64,000 nucleotides of DNA from Chrysomallon squamiferum (GCA_012295275.1 CM022667.1:15314001-15378000); one strand, 5' to 3'. Positions 47,536 through 63,172 are shown, numbered from the stretch's first letter. Numbers and translations are program-made. The notes: a model not told the origin generated them from the letters alone.

Positions 47536-48559
47536 TAAAAAGACGAATGCTAATAATCCCTAGCATCATGTGCTTACAGTTCCTTTTTATGAAATTTTGG
47601 TCTTTGTTTTTGGACCATCTTCTTCATTTTGTCAGCTATGCTTACTTTGTAAAAGATTGTTAGTCGATGAGACAAGACAAATTTGGGTACCAAACAGATG
47701 AAGAGATCCAATATAGATATGGGTAAAATAGATCCGAAAATGACATGGAAAATTTGTTTTAAAAATTCGACCAAATTTACGTAGTTTTGAATATGTTGTT
47801 CTATATAAAATTCTGCACATGCTGAGTTATAGTTATTTATAATGCATTTAATAAATTAGTAAATGCGTCTGAAAAAGACGATAATTTTTTTACATTTTTT
47901 CCTCGTGATATAACTCAGACTATTTCTAACTTGCATAGATTGTTTTTAATATAAGAAATTACCATTGAAACGTTTGACATTTTTCTATGGAAATAACATA
48001 AACAGTTTACAGTTTTGCAAGCGGCCTCTGTTCATTCAGAATAATACAATGATTCAAAATCTGTTATTATAATGCAACCATTTAGAAAATTTCATGTCTG
48101 AGTTTGTTTTTTGGATATTAAGCAGGAAAACTTCGAAGATTTCAAACTAACCACTGTACGACTGTAATAGTTTTCACGTGTTAAAAACTGCCAACGTGAC
48201 AGTTGACAGAAACAAACAATCCATAATCCACAGTAAGCTATTTAATGTGTAACAAAGAAATAGTAGCAATTAAACATATAACAAAGACATATTTAGTTAG
48301 GTGCTTACGTAACCAATTTAAAATGGCTGAGTAATATAGATGTTAGATATGGATATTACATATAAATGATAGTTTAATATGAATACGATGTTCTGTAATA
48401 AACTACAAGGTAATCAACAAAATTCGTTTGTCCACCAATTTGGTACTCGGAATCCAAAATTAGAACTATGCGCACGAACATTTCATAAGTAGTACACTAA
48501 ATAACAACACTGTGATTATTTTTATTACGACCGACTTCAATCGACATCGTAACGACAAG

Positions 48560-48742
48560 TAAACGACACTTTCGGCTAACAGTCCGACATCTTGGAGAAC
48601 TTGGCTCCTGGAGAGTGGTGGTTCGGATATACCGATCATGCGCAGTCGAAGTTACATTCAGACGACCGCTCCGAGGCCACGTGACTGACAGCATCAAGCA
48701 TCCCAGATTTTTTCTCACTGTCTTTTAGTGATAAACGTACAT
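48560..48742 (-). mobile_element. Degraded Tc1/mariner transposase N-terminal remnant (paralog of 763-960)
   Basis: PRSGRLNVTSTAHDRYIRTTTLQEP preceded by GMLDA. Confidence 0.65.
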
Positions 48743-49331
48743 TTTCAAACCGCATTTTATAAACATTATTTATTTGTTACCCTACTGAAATATTAGTATG
48801 GTGAGCAAGTGGCCTGCAACTTGAAATTATTTTATCATCACGTGACATGCGGAAATCGACCCGAAAAGCACGTGCAGAGCGTCATATTGTGTACCAAGTA
48901 GGCCACCGACAGTGATTTTTCTTTATAATTGAATAGCATAGTATTTGAAATTGTACACCTTATTTTTCGGTTCAGCAAACCTGCTATAGTATTATCGGTA
49001 TTAAAATATTATATATATATATATATCACAATACTTGATATATTAATATCACTAATAGAACACTTGATATACATATGTATTTTATTTTTATTAGAATACT
49101 TGAATATTATTATCTATATTATTATACTTGCTATATTATTATGTTTATTAAAAAAAAAAAAAAAGAATGAGATATTAATATTCGTATTACTGCAGTTGAT
49201 ACATATTTAATCAATTTTTGTTACCGCATAAGTAATATTATTTTCTGTCTGTACTGCTTGTTGCACGACCCAAAGATAGAAATGCATTTAAATCTTGATG
49301 CTACCAAACTTTCCATGCCACTTCGATTCTA

Positions 49332-50790
<1,459 letters not shown>

Positions 50791-51667
50791 CTGATAAAAA
50801 TTATATTTATTAATTTAAATAAATACGTAATACTTAGTTTTACTGTAAAATTGAAAAAAAAAAAGATCTTGAAAAACAGCTGAAATTTACATTTGTTTAA
50901 AAACTTAAATCGACAGTAACATAAGATAAAAATGACCAATAAGGAAAGAAAAAGGAAAGAAAAATAACAGCAAGAAAAAAAAAACATACCAAAGAAACAA
51001 AAACAAGAACAACCAAGGAATAGATTTTTTTCGTTTTATTTCTAAGTATCTGAAATACTCAGAAATACTCACAAATCATTTAGATCAGTTGAAATGTTTT
51101 GAATTCGAGGTCGATTTTAAAGATTTGAATTTGATATCGATATTGAAAGATTCAACTTGTCTTCTCTCTTCGGCATTTGTTTTTGTTGTGAGAAATTTTA
51201 CTTGTTAAGAAGAATTAAAAAGTATGTGTAACTAGGTCATCTCTGCTCTCGTCAAATGATTTCACAATTTAGTTTCTGTCTTCTTCAAATGAAAACTCCT
51301 AAAACGTTTTATCGCTCCTAGTTATATGAAAACATAATGCATATTTAATTAACCACTAATTGACTTTTGAACAAACTAACAGTAGGAAACTTTCTAAAAG
51401 GCAATTTAATTTTTTTTTTTTTTTGTAATTAAATAAGCTTAAAGAAATGTAAAGTGTTCTTTGATCAAGTCCCATTTGTCACAGGAAGCATAAACTTACC
51501 AAAAAGCAAATGCACTATCTAATACCATTAACTCGACGTCAAACAAGAAAACAGTTTAGAAAAAAGACATTAAGAAATAAAAAGAAATGCATTAACGCAA
51601 TCATACGAGAAAACAAATTATCATAACGTGACGGCGGACAAAGGAAGAATTGTTTTGATATACATTC

Positions 51668-51903
<236 letters not shown>

Positions 51904-52234
51904 AATGACGTAAATGCACTACTACTTAGTGGAATGGACGCAAAAATGTCGAAAAAGAAAGACGAGGGGATGATTACCCTCAGTTTTAAAATAATTTGTA
52001 ATAGGTTGTCATTGTGCTAATCTCAGCTGCGGTCAAATGGGTGCTATACAATTGCCAGTTAATTATTATTATTATTGTTATTTGTTTGTTTGTTAATTTG
52101 TATAAATATAATTAATATGAAAAATCCTGAAAACCTGTATCAGCGATCGGCTTCAAGTAACGTACAAACATTTCTTGAAAGTCCTTTTTTTCATTAATAA
52201 TGTTTTTTATTCCGGTAATCGATTTTACTCAGGC

Positions 52235-52293
<59 letters not shown>

Positions 52294-52392
52294 AGAATTA
52301 CCAATGACTAAACAACAATACTGAGGTAATAATGTAGTTTTATAAACTATATGTCGTTTAGCTGCATTTCAGATTTTTCGAAATAATGTGTA

Positions 52393-52445
<53 letters not shown>

Positions 52446-52555
52446 TTTGTGTGCTGGGCGTCTATGTGTATATATCTGTGTGTCTGAATTTGTATGTGTC
52501 TATGCAGTGTCTGCGTTTGTGTTTTATGTGTGTATATCTATGTGTGGTGTGGTGT

Positions 52556-52600
<45 letters not shown>

Positions 52601-54649
52601 CTATGTTTCTGAATTGTTTTTCTGCAGAATTTTCTAGCGCTGCATCGCCAAGAGAATTATAAACGAGTGTGTCTGCCTGGAATCCCAGCTATATAATTCA
52701 ATATATTTTAGTCATGTTTTTCACAAAAGTCTATAAAGACTTTGCATTTGTGATATTTCACTGAAAATGTCTGTGTCGTATTTGTGTTATATTAGCAACC
52801 AATTGTTTTTAAAATAAAATCCTGAACTAACAGTGTCAAGAGCGTGGCGGGTACCATTTAGTCAGCTTAGATTTCGATATAGTAAAATTAGTAATTATAT
52901 AATAACAAATATAATAAAAATAGTTTATGATACATATAATCAATGTATTTAAATGTGATTATAAATTGTGTGATAACATTTGTTGCATAGAGCTGTGAAC
53001 AGTGTTTTCTGGCACTATTTTAAGAAATGTTCTAGCTAATCATTCTTTATATTAAATAATTTAGTTTACCAACATTATTACGTTTCTGAATCTGAAGTTA
53101 AATATTGTAAATGTGTTCATGTTTTGTTTTATTTTTGTTATTATTGTTATTGATATATTTTTTTTATTACCATTACTATTTTTGGGGGGGTTTATTGACT
53201 TGTTTTTGTTGTTTGTTAGTTTGTATTTTTTTTTATTTTTTTTTTTTGCCTGCATTTGAAATATTTCTTATATTTAAAAAACAATACTTTTTGAAGAAAA
53301 AGTTTTCTTTTGTTAGACAAGAAATGATCATCAAATAAAAACTAACAGAATGATGAGATCGTATCTTGAATCGGAACTGCGATTTCATAGTGAGCTCTTA
53401 TTTTCTCATCGTATTTTTTCATAATGCTATTTTGAACCAGACTGCAAATTTGGTCATGAAATCTTTTGTTGCAGCGTCAGCCAAACCTGAAGAGAGTATT
53501 TAAACGAATAAATAAATAAATAAAGCACTAAATCGAAAACAAATATCATCTAGTTGTAAACATTTATTACGACAATAATACGTAATACGTACAGTGATAA
53601 TAGTAACAGTAGTTGTGGTAGTAGTAGCTGAACGAGCAGCAGCAACATAGTAGTAGTAGTATTGTCATAATTAGCTGTAGTAGTGACAGCGGTGATGATG
53701 GTTAGTCATGTAACATTTAGATTTTGATTTTATTTTTCTTCACAAACTTTTCGGACAGCTAGTAAGCATTAAACATTAAGTTATTAGCAGAAAAAAACAT
53801 AAGCAATTATAAACATTATAAGATAAAATGTTGTAAGTATTGTAATTTAACAATGAAATAAGATTAGTGATATCACATACACAAAGTGAATTCCACATAT
53901 TTAAAATATTTAAATAGTAACACTACAAAATGTAGGTACATGAGAAAAATCGTACTTTACCCGAGTTCACAATGTCCGTTCTAGCTCTTGTTTTAGCTGA
54001 CGTGCTTTCAAAACGTTTTTTCGTCGGTTATTTTTACAGTTTCTGGAATAATTTATTTTTGGTGACATACTATTATATTTCCGTTTGCTTTGGTTCTGAA
54101 TTTTCCCTTTTGCCGTTTTACAACTATTTTTAATTTTCCGACGAAACAAATAAAAGGTGAATATGTACCTCTTTCAGAACGAGTCTAGACTGTAGAACAG
54201 ATATTTAACATTATCTCAGCCTAACTGTGTCACAACCTTCCGCATTGTAACGCTAGTGGAAATAAAGTGATTTGCAGATATGGATCGTAAACTAACCAAT
54301 ATCGCCTTGAGTTCTCCCAACTGACCAAATACTTCCATTTCACTGGATGTTTATTTTTATTCTAATATTTGATTAAATGTTTTTAACATAACATCCTGAA
54401 AATTTCATATTATCATATTGCTCTTTAACGGCTATATGAGAATCACTATTTGTTTCAATAAAAACTAAATTGTCATTATTCCGTTTTTCTTAAGTGACCA
54501 CGACAAATATGATATCATTTCAGTGTTTTTTTATGTCGTGTTTTTTCCAAGTGATTTAGAAATAATTTCAGTTTGAGGACTTTTATATTTTTTGTCACAT
54601 ACCTACAAAACGTAATGTGTCTTTATTCATTTGAATTCAGGTTACTGAA

Positions 54650-54724
<75 letters not shown>

Positions 54725-54817
54725 TGTTGTTGTTGTTGTTGCTGTTATTATTATTAATATAACATGATAAACTAAAAAAAAACCATCAAACTTTGAAACG
54801 AATTCTCGTTTTTCATT

Positions 54818-56549
54818 TCAGTCTGTAATTTTATCACATCTGAACAAACCAAGTACATCTGTCGTGAACCACTTTTTCATTTTTCCTCCACTTTTCTTGT
54901 ACGTGTAATAAAACTTTCGAAATTCACCTTCTGTTGTTATGATTCCAGACCACAGCTGGTAAGATGTTTCATTTACAAAAGATCTGCCGTAGTTTTCATC
55001 AGACTGAGTGTTGACGTGGTAAATCAATTCAGCAGCTACGTGGACGTTGTTAGACACATCCAGATGATCAACGTCGACAATTTCAAACTTTCCGTTAGGA
55101 TATTCGACGACAACACGGACTGAAGCACCTTTCAGAACCATCTCTCTCAATTTTGTGACTGATCCACTCTGTATCTCTCCGCCATATTTTACACACAAAA
55201 CTTTGATCCATTCCCGTGTGTCCACAAACCAGTCTATTTGTTGTTCTTCTTCAACATCTTCTATTACAGTTGCTGTTTCAAATGTGTATCTTCGAGTTAA
55301 AACTTGACCGTTAGAAAATACCAGCTTCCTCTGCGCGATACCGGATACTGCAAAGGATTTTACTGCAGTTGGTTCAATTATTTCTTCTAAAGAGGCAGAT
55401 ACGTACTTACCACAAATACGTACAGACTTCGTGCTTATAGACAAACCCGCGATGAAAACCCTTAGTCGATGACCACTAAGTAAGGCGCGAGCTAAATTAT
55501 CTACAGATCCATGAACGTGTTGACCAGTTTGATTAACAGTGAATATTTTAACCCAACAATCGTCAGTGCACCAGGAATAAGAATAGGGGTACGTGCTGTT
55601 GTTCCTGATAGCTCCAGCAATAAGATTCCAACGAAGAACGTACCACATGCCAGTGTTTGTATTTCTGCTCAGAAACCAATACAGTGGAGATTTAAATATA
55701 CCATATTCATCAGGAAATTGTTGTCCAAGTTCACTGTAAGCGTCTGCCGATATTTTTCCTGATTGTTTCTCAACAAATACAGTTATAGAAGACGTTAGAG
55801 ACGAACCTTCTTCAATCTTGGAAACCAACCAGTTGTAATCACCAGAAATAACATTACCATGCTTGTCGTTTTTTAATTTGGGTGTTCCGTTGGAGAAATC
55901 TTTGGCATACCATTTAGCTTTTATTTCTGTTCTGTCTCTCAACATCTCTGGGCCAGCGATATCTACTCCCACTGACAAACGGTATTTACCGTTAGTGATT
56001 TTACTGAATAGTCTGTTCGGATTGGTAGCAAACATGTTCCAAGAAGATTTCTCAAGTTTCAAACAGTCAGTGTCCACAAGGTCGTTATTTTTAATTCCGT
56101 GTTGATCGACAGAGCGGATATCTTTGCCTTCTGCGAAAACTTTTAATTTAACATTGCATGATTTGTTCACCTCTGTTTTCAAACTGTTCAGTGTTGCGAT
56201 GTTCTCTGTATCATGAACCATTCGCCAGTAGGAGTAACAGGAATCTGGAATTTAAAATTAATACTTGAAATTCAAAGAAATGACAGAGACAACGATAATA
56301 ACGCAGAAACCACGATGCGGTTAGGTTAAAGGTGAGACGCAACAACCAGACGATTAGCACGATTAGCTAATAACAAGAAGAACAGCAGGGAAAAAGATGC
56401 TCACGACGACGATATTATCAATAACAAGATTAAAAAGCGACAATACGGTAAAAATTTATAATAATAGTGATGATGATAATAATAATAATAATAATAATAA
56501 AATAATAATAATATTATTATGATGATGATGATTATTATTATTATGATTA

Positions 56550-56592
<43 letters not shown>

Positions 56593-57566
56593 AAATGAAG
56601 AAGAAGAAGAAATATAACAGAGATTACAACATAAAGAAATACTGTTCAATTATTAAGAGTAACTAAATATGAGGAAACAAGGAAGCGGATCTACACGTGA
56701 TTGGAAAAGAGTACACGAAACTATGATTCTTTACGTCGTACCCGTCTTCTGTTAGATGTAAGAATATATAGCAATGTGCACTCACACTGACGTCCTCTGA
56801 ACCGGTTCCAGATTCCACATGTTTCTTACCTTCTACGATATTTTCACAGAACGGACCTCCGTAACCTGGAGTACAGACGCAATATCCATTTTCATCTGGA
56901 AAACCACTGTTCTTGCATCGATTCTAAAACACAGGAGAAATTCATCTTTGTTGTTGTCACTGTAGTAGTAGTAGCAGTTGTTGTTCTTGTTGTGGTTGTT
57001 ATTATTATTACTATTACTATTATTATTAGTATTATTAGTATTAGTATTAGTATTAGTATTATTATTATTATTATCATTATTATTAATAATGAATGGATGG
57101 AAAGCTAATGTACAGAATCATCATAATTGATTTGTTATTTTAATTGATTTATGATAAATTCAAAAGTTTGAAATATTAGCTAATATTCTAAACTAATACT
57201 TTCCATAATTTCACAAGAATGTTTGTTCTAAACTTATATTCAAACACGTGTAATACTTACTATGGTAAAAACTCCACAGACTGCGTTATCTGCACTGACA
57301 TCAGTCAAACTGGCCAAATTGAAAACTCCAAATAGATGACAGATACCTGGACATACGATCATTCCGTTACACCTTTGATCACTGCCACATGACGCAGCAC
57401 AATGAAACTTAGAAGTGACTGAACTGCTACTGAAGACATTTCGTACAATTCTTCTAAACCTTTCTTTGGTAACAATTTCTTTGTTTAGTTCAAAAATACG
57501 AGAGCTTGTCTCTGCCGACGTCATTGTGAACAGCAGCAAAACGTTGACAATGATTACAGTAAGCAT
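54818..57566 (-). CDS. Family A2 paralog, 608 aa, with altered C-terminus; exons 57566-57261, 56923-56830, 56244-54818
   Basis: Same splice sites and phases as the other copies. Signal MLTVIIVNVLLLFTMTSA; exon 2 NRCKNSGFPDENGYCVCTPGYGGPFCE. A 1-nt loss in an A-run near 54882 replaces VVHDRCTWFVQM* with MKKWFTTDVLGLFRCDKITD*; this may be real or a sequencing error. Confidence 0.78.
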
Positions 57567-59739
57567 CGTTTCAAGAAAAAGACCTGTCAAAATAACAAAT
57601 ATAAAGTAATCAGGTAAATACTGAATGAATGAAAGAATATTTTGTTTCTCAGGACAAAATAAAAGAAATCCGTTGAAAAATGTAAATATTCTAGATACAG
57701 CTGAAGAAAAGTTTCTGAAAATTGGTGAGAACATTTACATGTTCTGTAGCTTCGTTTTTGAACTCAGCTATTTTAAGGTTTTAATATATGATTCTTTGCA
57801 TAAACTCTTTTGTTGACGAAATTACTTAAGAATAATACTTCAAGTCATTAATCTCAAATTATTAGTGCCGTTAGCTCTGTTAAGAGTGTTTATATGGAAA
57901 TCTTTGCAATGTTAGGTTCGCTGAAAATCTGCTAAAACATCAGATATCTCAGTTTTATCATGGAATATTTTGCTAAAGAAACTCGGTGAGAACAAGGTTT
58001 CAAAGTATTAATCTGTATGTCCTTAGATTTTCAGCTGTATTTCCTTAGTTAGAACATTTCTTACCGTTACATTTGACGTCTGTGTACTTAGACTGGCTGA
58101 TGATAATCTGTTGATTATAGAAATAAAACTGTGACTACACGCCGAATTATCACTGAGGAAATGCCTTGAAAAGCAGATTTCACAATTTAATATACGTCTC
58201 TGCACCTTAAAGTTAGTTTATGAATTCCTTAATAACTGTATTTGAAAGCAAATATATAAAATTCCAGTAGTTGCTGGCTTAGTTGATAAACGACACATTA
58301 TCAGTCGTTCTGATTGGTTCCGTTTCGGTGTTAGGCTTTTTCAAAGGTCATGAAAAAATGAAACAATTCACTGTAGTAAAAAGATATTCTGTTTTAAATC
58401 ATTGTTATTAAAAATCAGCTGAGTATCCTGTTTTCTCTCTCAACATTTCTTAATTTAATTGTTGTTTTGTTGCTTTTAATTTTGATTTTTCCTTCATATG
58501 CAAAATAAACTGCTTCTGATCGTGTTTAAAATCGAAAATAATAAATTACTTTTGTCATTTATTTTCACTTTCTGCTTCTTATGTTAGAAGAAATTACTTT
58601 CTTTGATGTTGGAATACAAAAACCTGAAAATTCTTTGTCTGCATGGAAATTGTGATTTTTTTTACCAAGGAATGTTTCATTGAAATGGTTTAATCTGTGA
58701 TCTTAGTAAAAGAGATATGAAGTCAAAATGATGTATTTCCCAGAAAACTGGTGTAAATCAATCTTTCCCCGTTTATGCCTTCAGAGTTGTTATTTTTCCA
58801 TTGTTTGTAAAGAAGAAGTACATGCAGCAACGACAAAGATCCCTGCTAACTATAAACAAGGAGCATAGTTCGAAAGGAAATAAATAATTATCTAACATAA
58901 TTATCTCTTTCAGGCACATTCAACGGATAAATTGTTTATGTATAAAAATTCATGGCTTAAGGTGAATAATATTAAGAATAATGAAAATGACAGCATCAAA
59001 TAAGTTTAAATATTTTTATTCAGATTAAGTGAAAAGTCTAAACAAAGCAAAAGCTATCTTGGTGTACACTTTGTCCTTTCAGTGACTTCAGTATAAATCT
59101 ATTTCATTAGACATAATCACAGTTCTGTGTCAAATCTTCACTGAGCCGAGTTTGCATCAAGCTGATCCGTCCCTGTATTAAAATAAACGAATAGATAAAT
59201 AAATTAACACTATTTTGGTCACAAATTGCAGTCACAGAGTTATAAGCATAACAGTAAAACATAATAATTATAAATATAGCTTGTATGTAAGTGACGATCT
59301 ATGGACGTTTGTATTTATCTATGTATTATATATGTATATATGTCTGTCTGCATGTGTGTATGTATATATGTGTTTTTATGTGCATGTCTGTCTATATATA
59401 TGTATATACGTGTATATTTAATATATATTTAAACAAGTCTGTCTCTATGTGTGGTTTCGTATTTGTATGCAAATGTATTTATGACAAATGAATAAATAAA
59501 TAAATATATATATATATATATATTTATTCTTCTCAATTTAAATATTATCATACATATAATAGTACTTTAATTTGCTCATCTGTGTTTGTTTTGTTTGGTT
59601 GTTTTTTTCTTCTTTATTTTTTTTTTTTTTTTTTTTAAATTATTATTTTAGTTCTTTAAAGAGTGATAACAAAACATACCTTTGTCCAGTTCCTATTCTG
59701 TTTCTGTCTCTTTCTTTGTTTCCTCGTCAAGTTCAGTGT

Positions 59740-60818
59740 TCAATTCATTTTCCGCTTTTTCTCTTCGCTGGATTCTTGTTTATCTTCAGCAGCCAGTTCA
59801 GACTCCATATCTTTCTCTTCCTTCTCTTCTTTCTTAGCTTCCTTTTCCAACTCCTTCGTTATCTCATCTTCCGCCTTTTTCTCTTCCTCTGCCATTTTCT
59901 CTTTGATATCTGTTTCCATTTTGTCGATGACGTCAGCGGCTTTGTTCAAAGCATCAGCTTCGTCAGTTTGTTTGTCTTTGAGGAGGAGATCTGCGATTTC
60001 TCTGAGCAGACCTGACACATCACCTAATCCCATACTAGATTGTCCATCACCACCTCCTAATCCCGAGCTAGATTGTCCCTCACCTCCTCCTAATCCCATA
60101 CCTGATAGTCCATCACCTCCTCCTAATCCCATACCTGATAGTCCCTTACCTCCTCCTAATCCCATACCTGATAAACCATCACCTCCTCCTAAACCCAAAC
60201 CCATACCAGATAGGCCATCACTTTCTCCTAATCCCATACCTGATAGTCCATCACCTCCTCCTAATCCCATACCTGATAAACCATCACCTCCTCCTAAACC
60301 CAATCCCATACCAGATAGGCCATCACTTTCTCCTAATCCCATACCAGATAGTTCATCACCTCCTCCTAATCCCAATCCCATACCTGATAAACCATCACCT
60401 CCTCCTAAACCCAATCCCAAGCCAGAGAGTTCATCACCTCCTCCTAATCCCAATCCCAAGCCAGAGAGTTCATCACCTCCTCCTAGTCCCAGTCCCATAC
60501 CTGATAGTCCATCACCTCCTCCTAATCCCAATCCCAATCCCAAGCCAGTGAGTTCATCACCTCCTCCTAGTCCCAGTCCCATACCAGACAGTCCATCATC
60601 TCCTCCTAATCCCAATCCCAAGCCAGAGAGTTCATCACCTCCTCCTAGTCCCAGTCCCATACCAGAGAGTCCATCATCTCCCAGTCCGATAGAGGCATCG
60701 TCCAGATCTTTATCACTAGTCAGCAGGGCTAGAAGATCAGCGATTTTGTCCGAGCCTAAGCTATTTTTACCTTCTGGAGAGAAGAGGTCAGTAGTTTGAG
60801 GAAGTTCAGTTTAATGTT

Positions 60819-60873
<55 letters not shown>

Positions 60874-61024
60874 TTTGTTTATTTATTTACTTCAAATCAT
60901 CTCTTTTTTTCTTCTATTGCTTATTGTAATATAAAGTAAAATACTTACCATCACCTTCAACAGTGATTCTGTAACTTAGAGCTGTAGCCACAAGAACACT
61001 CAAAATTAGGATAAAATAATTCAT
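59740..61024 (-). CDS. G2: secreted acidic Gly-Leu repeat protein, 369 aa; coding exons 61024-60949 and 60773-59740
   Basis: Reads MNYFILILSVLVATALSYRITVEGD with the same splice sites as G1 and GLGLGGGD(E/G)LSG repeats. A 1-nt deletion near 59758 truncates the tail (EEKKRKMN*); the ancestral TAG is at 59695-59693. Confidence 0.82.
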
Positions 61025-61117
61025 CTGAAATAATAATAATAAGAAGAAGAAGAAGAAGAAGAAGATAAAAATAAGTTCTTATTCTGTTTACAATCCTTTA
61101 TTATCAAAAAATAATTA

Positions 61118-61216
<99 letters not shown>

Positions 61217-61530
61217 CTGGAACTGATAGTTCCCACTGATCTGTCTACAAATCTCCAAGGTTTTGACACATAATAAATTGTATTTCTTGTTCTGATATAA
61301 TTTATAACGTGCAGAAAATATATAAAGCTTATCAAATATTTCTACAATTTAAACTCTTTTTTTTTTTTCATTATGGATTACCTAAATGGTCTGTAAATTC
61401 CGAATTATATTTACTAATAATAATATTTTACTCATTTCGTAAATTATCTACGACTACTGCTATTGAAAAGCAGTACGTATTTTCATTTTTACAAGTAAAA
61501 TATTGTTTTAACATTGCGAACATTACTCAC

Positions 61531-62005
61531 CTTATTTGGTCAAAGCTGTAAAAAAGGTTTGATACATTTTGGCTGTCTATCGCGATCTTATATACTTTAA
61601 AACCAGATGTTACTAAGGTGCAGACGTCACCATTTAATTACCGACCGATGTCGCACTTATCTGCATAAAATAAAATAACCACATAATATTAACGTATTTT
61701 GTATACAACAATAGGTATTTATAGACTATAAATAAATTATGGTTGCCGCATAATGAAGAGACTCTTCTCTCTTTTGTTAACGAAACGTAACTATAGAATG
61801 GTTTGACCGCAATGATACATATGGCTGAATCTCTTGTTATTTCTACGGCGTCACGTTTTGTTTTATCATCTGATTAAATTAGGTGTGAGTGATCACTGTT
61901 AAGAGAAAACTACATGCCAATTGACTTCGACGACACGTGTTTTATTTTGCTCGTTAATCTTAGATTTTAAAACAGTATTTTTCTTTAATTGTACTGGCTT
62001 TAATT
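61531..62005 (-). promoter_or_regulatory. G2 promoter block with TATA box (61594-61588) and non-coding exon 1 ending at 61531
   Basis: Reverse complement of 24220-24696, with TATATAA and AAG|gtgagt retained. Confidence 0.7.
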
Positions 62006-62271
62006 TTGGGTGTTATCGTCGTTACAGTCCTTAGATGATGATGATGATGACGTTGATGTTTATGATGATGATGAAGATGTTTATAATGGTGATAACGATG
62101 ATGTTATGATGATGATGACGATGATGATGATTATAATAAAATTAATGATTAATTCAACACTGAGTGTTGACTGTTAATAGAAAATCCATCGTAATAATTG
62201 ATTTTATTTCGCTCGTTAAATTATGTTGTTTAATGCAGCAGATAGAATAGACAGACAGGCAGCAATGAGAG

Positions 62272-62365
<94 letters not shown>

Positions 62366-62619
62366 CTATGAATATGAAAAAGTAACAACAAACACATACA
62401 ATATAGACTACTAGAGCTAGAAAAACAATTATACAAAATAAAATAAAATTAGCGACACACACACACAAGCACATCGATAACTAAACCCACACACAAATTA
62501 AATGAAAACCAAGAATGCAATAGCAACTTGAATTAGCATTACACGGAGAACAAAACTAGAATATGAAAACGAGAGAAAAATTAGTCACAGTCACAAATTA
62601 ATTTGTAAAAACAACTGGC

Positions 62620-63172
62620 TTTGTCTAATATTGGTTTTGGTTTGGTAGGTCATAGTCTAGGTTTAAGAGACGACGGCCTATCTGATATTTGTCTAGGTTT
62701 AGCAGATGGTCTGTCTGTTGACGGTTTAGGTTTAGCAGTTGATGGTCTTTGTGATGATGGTCTATCTGATATTTGTCTAGGTTTAGCAGATGGTCTGTCT
62801 GTTGACGGTTTAGGTTTAGCAGTTGATGGTCTTTGTGATGATGGTCTATCTGATATTTGTCTAGGTTTAGCAGATGGTCTGTCTGTTGACGGTTTAGGTT
62901 TAGCAGTTGATGGTCTTTGTGATGATGGTCTATCTGATGGTGGGCTAGGTTTAGGAGATAACGGTCTGTCTTCTACCGGCTTAGGCTTAGAAGATGATTC
63001 TAATTTGGTTATTGGACAGAAAAGTAGCAATAAAGACACAAGTGACACAGCAGAATCATAAAGTGAGACAGAAACTAAAGTGAAGAATGAAATGAAAAAT
63101 TGAAGAAAAAGAAGAAAATAAGGAATATAAAGAAATTGGTAAAGGTTAATTAACGTTCTTAATTTAAAATAA
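62620..63172 (+). pseudogene. H2: 5'-truncated pseudogene of H1
   Basis: It lacks the TATA box, exon 1 and signal peptide. GLGLGDNGLSSTGLGLEDDSNLVIGQKSSNKDTSD matches H1. GAA>TAA nonsense at 63059-63061 and later frameshifts; the ancestral stop is at 63170-63172. Confidence 0.8.
62678..62938 (+). repeat. Perfect 84-nt tandem repeat, three copies, inside H2
   Basis: ctatctgat recurs at 62678, 62762, 62846 and 62930; the unit encodes LSDICLGLADGLSVDGLGLAVDGLCDDG. Confidence 0.92.

Noticed and set aside
47342-47569. 75-aa ORF next to a poly-A run as a gene or retrocopy
   Set aside because: The N-terminus is a poly-T translation, there is no recognisable homology, and no target-site duplication was found; it is more likely transposon debris.
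59663-60799. 378-aa Pro/Ser-rich ORF, and similar ORFs at 25385-25915, 22514-22795 and 62650-63180
   Set aside because: These are antisense shadows of the Gly-repeat genes. The opposite strand has the signal peptide, splice sites, TATA box and polyA signal.
62678-62938. CRISPR-like array
   Set aside because: It is a perfect tandem coding repeat with no unique spacers, in a eukaryotic context with no cas genes.
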